Source: Amoebophrya sp. A120 (lineage: Eukaryota > Protista > Dinoflagellata). Taken from it: a stretch of DNA of 18,273 bases. The notes beneath the pieces were generated by a model, which saw only the letters and a program-made list of their open reading frames with translations, was not told where the DNA came from and did not search any database. Positions 11,839 to 18,273 of this stretch are shown in pieces (positions within the stretch are counted from its first letter, which is position 1; every line of letters begins with the position of its first letter). The stretch covers positions 2,199,889 to 2,218,161 of the forward strand of contig CAJINV010000001.1 of assembly GCA_905178155.1 (NCBI GenBank), in the 5' to 3' direction. A program made the position numbers and the translations under genes.

Positions 11839-14800
11839 TCAGTCTTCGTACGGCATCAGAACGGTGTAGGAAATCCGCTTCTTCTTCGGCACTGTCGACT
11901 GTTTCCGGATAACCTTCTGCGGTCCGCGGCGGAAGCCGTAATCCGACAGGTTCATCAATTCGTCCGCGGCGTTCTGCGCCTGCATCTCCTCCTTCAGATC
12001 CCGCACCTCGTAAATGAGCCGGCGACTGCTCAACCGTCCCAGAGCCGACTGCTTCCGCCGCTGCTCGTTCATCTGCGACAAAGACTTCCCCGCGGCAATG
12101 CCCTCCGGCGGCCCCGCGCCGGACTTTTTTGGCATCTCCGTCAGCGTGCGCGCGCCGGGCACGAGGAACGACTTGGGTTGGTGCTGGAACATATCAAATG
12201 TAAAAATGTCTGGGTCTGGAAAGTTCCGGGATTTGTGATGCATATTTTGTATGAGCCATAATGCATGTGATGCATGATATAGCATCACAGATTTTTAGAG
12301 GGCTTCCTGATCCCTATTCCGCATGAGAAATGCCCTCTCCGCGTACCACAAACTGGACTCCTGTTGTTGGTCACGCAATACAGATTTTTTTGGAATCCAA
12401 AGACAGCATGACAAGTTGCAATCTTCCAGACCCAGACATTTTTGCAATTCATAGAACAGCGCGGGGCCGCACAAGTAGCTCGGTCGCGACTTCTTCCCGC
12501 TGTTGTTCTCTTGTTCTTCTTCGTCCTCCGGGGAAGAAGAACTCAGCATCCGACTGTTCTGCTTACTTCGGACCTGTTGCGAAGTTGTGGTCTTTTTTCT
12601 CACGACAGCACTGCCGGTAGAAGAGGTGGAAGTTGTTTTGTGCACCACGCGGGACGCAGGCGACGAGGCTTTATTGCGGTCTTTCTGTTTCTGCCCCCTA
12701 CTACTGGTACTACCTGTTGCAACCGGCGCCGTGGCCGGTCGCCGGTCGTATTCGAACTCGTCGAAAAAGTCATCTTTTTCATTCTCCTCCAGCTGCAAAT
12801 CCTCCGTTTCTTGCAGTAAAGTCCTCGCTTTCAACTCGTCGGGGCGCAGCGTGGTCACCATAGAGGAAGAGGGAGATTTATTTTCGTTTATTCCGCCATG
12901 TCGGTGGTCTTCTCCTGGTCTTGTTGAGACAAGAGATGAGACTTTGTTCATGGCCTTCGCGGACTCTTGTGACGCGGTTTTTAACACCCTTTCCGCTCGA
13001 TGCTGTTCCTGCATCATCTCTTCCTGTTCATGGTCTAGCACAACCGTTTCCCCTTCTTTGTAGTGCGCACCGAGACCAAACGCGAACGTCATCCCTTTCT
13101 TCAGCGTCTTGTCTTGAATATTTTTCGCTGGTGATACTGACCTACTATTCGGAGAACCCGCTCCTGCTGCCCCTGTCAGATCATCGTTCGGCCCGAGGCC
13201 CTGGAACATGCGCTGAAAAGCGATTTTCTGCTCGGCTTCGCTGCGTCGCAGTGGCGGTTCCTCGGGCACGACGAAGACCTTCTTCTTGTGTCCATTCGGC
13301 AACTCCTGGTCGGCTTCTCGCAAATTGAACAGCGCCATCGCGTTGGCCCACGCTTCTTTTTCCGCCTGCTTCGGGACCACCCGCTCCGCGTAGCACCGTT
13401 GGAGGAAGGTGACCCCCTCGAAGTCCCGCGGGCCCATCTCGATAGCCGCGCGGCCAAAGGCTTTATCCTATGTAAAAACGTCCCCACTCCCTCGTTGTCA
13501 TGCAGGTTTGCATCCACAGAAACGTCTGTAATGCACATCCGCATGACGAGAGAAATTTGTAGTCGCGTTCTGGGATTTGTAATGCTGCAAAAAGGATAAC
13601 AAGCAGGCGTCTTTGTGATGCGGCTCTCCTTGCTAAGCAGCCCGATACTACAGATGCAAACTTGTCATGCGGGACAGCCAAAACTTGTGGGTCTGTGTAG
13701 CAAATTCCCCAACTTGACGATGGGGTGGGGACGTTTTCCCTTAGGATAGGCTTTCACCAAAAACCACCGCTTTTTGCTAAGCCGGGACTTCGTGATGGCG
13801 TGCCGGTCGAACATGGACCGCTGCGCCTTCTCCTGCTCCTTCTTATGAAAGCGCACAACTGCTCCCCCTCCCCCTCACTTGTCTGGCATGAACGGCAATA
13901 CACGCATCGGCTGCAAGAATGCAGGTTTTGCACGACAAGAAATTCATCCAGGATCATTCTTGTTGTAGTGCTGGTTGCAGTTCCAGAAGTTGTTATGCAA
14001 AAAGTGCCATAGGGGCAAAGGGTGGATTTGGAGTTTTGCATTACAAATGAGGAGAAGGGGGAGTTGTGCACTCTCATACTTCTGCGCGAGCATCCACAGG
14101 TTATTGTTCACCAGGATCCTCCGCACCGCCTCCTTATCGTCCGCGTCGCCGCACAGCACGAATTTCGCGTTTTCCGCCTGTTCTAGGTTCCGCAAATCAT
14201 GCTCTTCCTGTTTCGATATGCATTGGAAACATGTCTGGCTCTGGGTCTGGAAGTAGTTTCTGAGACTTGTCATGTTGGAAGGCTAAGGGCAGGGCGTCCC
14301 ATTCGTTTATAAACTTAAAACGGTAGCCACCTACCCAGCAAACTCTGAGTGGAATAAGCACGGGCAAAGCGATCTCTACCGAGAGACAGTTACAAGAGCT
14401 CCTGGGACGGCTGCGGGATGAGCTTCTGAGACTTGTCATGCACGTTTTGCATGAGCCATGATGTCTGTGACGCATGCCCTAGCATCACAGATTTTTTGAG
14501 GCATTCACTCTTGATGCCTATTCCGCATGACAAATTCCCTCTCCGCGTCGCAAAAATTGCATTCCCTTTGCTGCTCATGCAATACAGATTTTTTAAGAAT
14601 CCAAATGCAGCATCACAAGCTCCGCTGTCCCAGAGGACCAAGGCATATCTGCAGTTGATATTCGACAGGTGCGCGATGTGGTCGGTGTCCTCCAACTCTG
14701 CGGAGCCCAACTTCTCCGTCTGCTCATTCTTACTGCTCGCCGAACCCGCGGAATCCCGGCTGAATCTGCGGCCGGCCGCTGCACTGGAGGATCTCTTGGA

Positions 14801-16534
14801 CACGACTCTCCTGTTACCCGCTCCTGGGGCAGAAGACGGTCTTCTACCACCGCTTTGGCTTTTCGGACTGAGCGACGACCCATGGTCCGCTCCCGCGAGA
14901 GATTCCACCGCGAACACCGGACCGGTTATGCTTTTCGCCAATGCGTATCAAGTGCAAAAGTGTCTGGGTCTGGAAGAATGCAGACTTGTCATGCATATTT
15001 TCTATGATGATTGATGCCTCTAATGCATGATCTAGCGACACAGATTTTTAGAGCGCTTCCTAAACCTAATGCCTATTCCGCATGAGAAATGCCCTCTCCA
15101 CGTAACACAAACTGGAGTCCTGTTGCTGGTCATGCAATACAGATTTTTTTGGAATTTAAAGACAGCATTACAAGTTGCAGTCTTCCAGATCCAGACATTT
15201 TTGCAATCCATAATGCGCCGACGTCTTTGAAGCGCTCCTGCTGTTCCTCGCGGAAATACTCCAGTGCCTCGTTTGCGTCACGGATAAAATCGCCCGGCGC
15301 GGGCGTGTCTACGTCGAAAAATTCCGCCACGCGGGAGTAGGGGTCCACGTCCGGATCCTCTTTCAGACCTAACGTTTCCAGCAGCTTCTCGTTCGTGGCA
15401 AACTGGCAGTCGCGAAACTTCGCCCGTATCTTTTCGCGTTTCGCCGGGTCCTGCATAAGCGAATTCCTTCTCGCCCACCAAGGGCTCGGGATACCCTGCT
15501 CCTTGAAAAAATCCAGGATGGCCTCCGGGGACTGGTCGGGGACGAAAGCGGAAGAACTGAAACTAGAACGGGAACGGGAGAATTGCAGCCCTTTCTCTAT
15601 CTGATAATTTCAACAAGTTGGAAGTTAGTATATTCACTAGATTCTGCTTGCAGAAGCAGATCGTCGATGTAGATGGCCTACAGCAACGGAAGCAGTTGTA
15701 CCAAAACAAGAGACATCGATCATCTGACTAAGTATGAGAATCAGAATTTAGTAAAACTCACCCCAACTTTTGTCGTCCTCTCCGGCATCAAACTTTTGAA
15801 CGGCCTCGGGTTTTCCCCGAGTACGCTGTCCGTCCGCTGGAAGTGCAGTTTTGGATTGCTCGCCGTGTCCACGATGCCCAGCTTGGCCGCCGCAATTGGG
15901 TCGCTGTGTCCGGCCGCTATGCCGTCCATCACGTCTTTAAGCGAGACGCGCTCGCCGCCCGTCCCATTGCGGCTCGGCGCGTTGGAGGATTCTGTTGGTT
16001 TTGGATTTGGAATGCGATATGATCGTCTATTTTCATGTCAATGTCATGTTGATATTGTAGATTGTAGCCTTCTTCTTGCGAAATGCTTTTAACCGCAAGA
16101 AGAAGAACCCAGACTGCAAGCATGATGAATTTTACCTGCATCCTCGAAATCGTCCAAATAGTCTTCGGGGTCATCTTCCTCATCCTCCGACTGGTAGTTG
16201 CCCTCGTGGTATCAGATGCAAAAGTGTCTGGGTCTGGAAGAATTCGAGATTTGTGACGCAGTTTTGCCTGACCCGGATTGTCTGGCATGCAAGCCAGCAC
16301 AGCAGCACAGATTTCGAGCAGGTCTCCCAAGGCCTAAGACGCATGACAAATCCCCTGCTTCGGTAACAAGAAACGGGCACGGGGCCTTTTGCTGGCCATG
16401 CATGACAGAATTTCTCATGATGTAGAATTCGCATCACAAATTGGAATCCTTCCCGACCCAGACATTTTTGCATTTGATACGTGACGCATCGGAGGACCGG
16501 CGTCCACGCCCAATTCGTCCTCTGCGTAGGCCAT
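11839..16534 (-). CDS. Hypothetical protein, ~883 aa, 9 exons: 16534-16478, 16211-16136, 15991-15762, 15600-15211, 14947-14659, 14218-14077, 13845-13747, 13465-12452, 12193-11839
   Basis: Exons sum to 2652 nt and give one stop-free frame from MAYAEDELGV to VLMPYED* after removing two GT-AG introns (15992-16135, 15601-15761) and six TIR elements. Contains charged and S/T-rich low-complexity tracts; no domain recognised. Confidence 0.78.
12194..12451. mobile_element. TIR introner/MITE, family A (258 nt), orientation 2
   Basis: Ends TATCAAATGTAAAAATGTCTGGGTCTGGAA and CTTCCAGACCCAGACATTTTTGCAATTCATA. Removal gives TTC TAT ATG (PALFY-MFQHQP). Confidence 0.92.
13466..13746. mobile_element. TIR introner/MITE, family D (281 nt)
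   Basis: Ends TATCCTATGTAAAAACGTCCCCAC and GTGGGGACGTTTTCCCTTAGGATA. Removal gives GCC TAT AAA (LVKAY-KAFGRAAIEM). Confidence 0.9.
13846..14076. mobile_element. TIR introner/MITE, family C (231 nt)
   Basis: Ends TATGAAAGCGCACAACT and AGTTGTGCACTCTCATA; shares AAAGGGTGGATT with 2039-2290. Removal gives AAG TAT AAG (LAQKY-KKEQEK). Confidence 0.9.
14219..14658. mobile_element. TIR introner/MITE, family A, orientation 2, enlarged to 440 nt by a nested insertion
   Basis: Left end TATGCATTGGAAACATGTCTGG(CTCTGG)GTCTGGAAG; degenerate right end GCATATCTGCAGTTGATA; interior matches the 12194 and 14948 copies. Removal gives AAT ATA TCG (HLSN-ISKQEE). Confidence 0.87.
14258..14440. repeat. 17-bp perfect direct repeat TTCTGAGACTTGTCATG (14258-14274, 14424-14440) flanking a 149-nt insert
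   Basis: Read directly; the insert is absent from sister family A copies. Confidence 0.9.
14948..15210. mobile_element. TIR introner/MITE, family A (263 nt), orientation 2
   Basis: Ends TATCAAGTGCAAAAGTGTCTGGGTCTGGAAG and CTTCCAGATCCAGACATTTTTGCAATCCATA. Removal gives TTA TAC GCA (DVGAL-YALAKS). Confidence 0.92.
16212..16477. mobile_element. TIR introner/MITE, family A (266 nt), orientation 2
   Basis: Ends TATCAGATGCAAAAGTGTCTGGGTCTGGAAG and CTTCCCGACCCAGACATTTTTGCATTTGATA. Removal gives GTA TAC CAC (MRHV-YHEGNY). Confidence 0.92.
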
Positions 16535-16908
16535 ACTTCGTTCTGAGACTATTTCTCGCTCGTCTTTAGAATTCGCACAGCACGTGGGGGTGGGGAAAAA
16601 AAGTCCCGTGCTGCAAAAAGAAAAGATGTGTGATTTCAATTTTGGTCAACAACGTTTTGCTTCCGAAATAGCTTAGCGTACGACAACGAGGCATCAAAAG
16701 GCAGTTGTCATGAACTAACACTGTACGCGTTTGTGAAAAAGACTGGCAAGCAGGCGCTACGAATCGAAAAAAAGACGAGTGCGACGACCCCCAGCCCCCC
16801 ACGCATGGCAACAAAAAAAACGAAAAAAACCGGCAGCGCGTGCCACAATAAGTTGTTTTCCTTTTCGCAGCGATACATCCAACCGCAAATCAAGAGCAGA
16901 TGCCCCCC

Positions 16909-17901
16909 AACCCATGGACGAGATCTGATACGACCACATTGATTATTATTATTTAGATTCGCTTTAAAAAAGCGCGCTAGCCAACCGGCAAAGCCGATTA
17001 TGGCAGCGAGTGTCCAGGTCTCACGTGCGTTCACCTTCAGCGGGTCCTCTGTGTAACTTCTTCACCGGGTTCTCTCAAAGTAGTACTAAAAAACTATGGG
17101 TAAACTCTTAGTAAAGTTTTCTAAAACTCCTCGTACGCTGCAAGAAAAAATTTTTCCCCTTTTTGATCTGTGATTATCGCTCTGTGCAATCTAAAAACTT
17201 TTTTTCTCCAGGATCCTGAGCTATGGCCGACCTTGATTTGCAAGATCCTAATTGAAAAGTGCTTGACTAAAAAAGCGACAATACTGCAGTTTGGACGCTT
17301 TGGTAGTGTGAAAACGCCTATTTCCACTACTTATCCTGTAACCATGACCTAACAACTAAATAGAGAGAGAAAAAAACTAAAAAAGGGCAAGCTTGAATTT
17401 AGTTTGACCTTTCGTCTAGACACAGAGTTAGCCTGATACTTGTGCATGAAGGAGACAACAGCTGCTAGTCCAACTAGTTGATCTAAACTCTGACCGCCGC
17501 CTCATCCGGAGCCCCCGGTTTCTCTTCCGTCTCCGGTTGTTCGAGCTTACTTGTGGTCCGGTGATATTCCACGCGTTCTCCAGTTGACTTCGCCTTGACT
17601 AAGTTTCTGCGCCGCGGTTAAACGGGCGAGCCAAACGACCACCGCGCACGTGAGCCTGTTGCGCAAGCTCGTCTATCCTTATAAGCTGACCGATGAAGAC
17701 TAGCCTCGGGGCCTCCGGCACAAAGTATAGGAAATGAAAAAAATCCGCTCCCTTGGGGAACCATAAGCGAAACACTATCTATTTTCTTCTATGCACGATG
17801 TTATTCTTTTCTTGTAGCCGAAAAGTCTTAAACCCATGGACGAGATATGATACGACCACATTGACCGACAACGGTCTTATGATACGAGATATGATACGAC
17901 C
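16909..17901. repeat. 34-bp direct repeat (16909-16942 and 17831-17864, one mismatch) plus an 18-bp third partial copy (17884-17901)
   Basis: AACCCATGGACGAGAT(C/A)TGATACGACCACATTGA occurs twice; ACGAGATATGATACGACC occurs again at 17884. Confidence 0.88.
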
Positions 17902-18089
17902 TTATCCCGCGGGTCATCTGCTGTAGAATCCCGACGGCTTGCTGCTGCAGCTCCTGTGCGCCGGTGGCGTGGAGAACATCGTCCGGCACGACGTAGGAGA
18001 TGTTAACTGCGCCAGCCCGCGATGTGGAAATACTTATGGACCGGAGGAAGTCCGCTACTTTCTGGTCTTTTGCTGTCCCACTCCTCGTA
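17483..18089 (-). CDS. 3' portion of an unknown gene entering from beyond the window; candidate exons 18089-17901 and 17606-17483
   Basis: Only one minus frame is open below the TIR element at 18090 (YTRSGTAKDQKVADFLRSISI...QQMTRGI). A GT-AG intron at 17607-17900 would join it in frame to NLVKAKSTGERVEY...AAVRV*. The last exon is tentative. Confidence 0.5.
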
Positions 18090-18270
18090 TCCAGCGCAAA
18101 AGGAATCGCACTCGTTCAATTTGTAATGCTCTTACTTAGTCTCGCATGACAGATCTGCTTTCCTGCATGACAGATTTGATTTCGTTTTTCCTGTCTGCAT
18201 GACAAGTTTCATTTTTCCTGTTGCAAAATTTGTGAAGCGACTCCTGCTAGTGCGATTCTTTTGCGATGCA
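18090..18270. mobile_element. TIR introner/MITE, family E (181 nt)
   Basis: Left TATCCAGCGCAAAAGGAATCGCACT versus reverse complement of the right end TATGCATCGCAAAAAGAATCGCACT; three internal GCATGACA copies. Frame not testable because only 3 nt of flank remain in the window. Confidence 0.85.
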
Positions 18271-18273
18271 TAA

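Noticed and set aside
664-16473. Recurrent peptide motifs in the ORF track (CKNVWVWK, QKCLGLEE, KMSGSG, LPDPDIF, FQTQTF) suggesting a repeated protein domain
   Set aside because: They are translations of the family A TIR (AAATGTCTGGGTCTGGAAG) in different frames and strands, not real protein.
684-16477. CRISPR-like or REP-like interpretation of the repeats
   Set aside because: The repeats are inverted pairs around homologous interiors dispersed in eukaryotic exons; there is no repeat-spacer array and no cas gene.

Overview
Eukaryotic, intron-containing genomic DNA. All recognisable genes are on the minus strand: a CFAP221/PCDP1 ciliary central-pair homologue (3' end unresolved), a small coiled-coil protein, a Hikeshi/OPI10 (DUF775) homologue, an ~883-aa unknown protein and the 3' part of a further unknown gene. 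The ORF track is fragmented because exons are split by two kinds of intervening sequence: ordinary GT-AG introns (mostly ~145-195 nt) and 13 MITE-like elements (181-281 nt; one is 440 nt because of a nested insertion). The elements have terminal inverted repeats from at least five TIR families, and every one has the form TA|T...A|TA. Removing the element so that TATA remains restores the reading frame at all 12 testable junctions, so they behave as non-canonical introns (introners). The same family occurs in both orientations relative to transcription, all families share an internal TTGTCATGC motif, and by eye every TATA in the reconstructed coding sequence is occupied. The architecture resembles the introner-invaded genomes of the parasitic dinoflagellate relative Amoebophrya (inference; taxon not verified). 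All splice models were derived by hand without transcript data.
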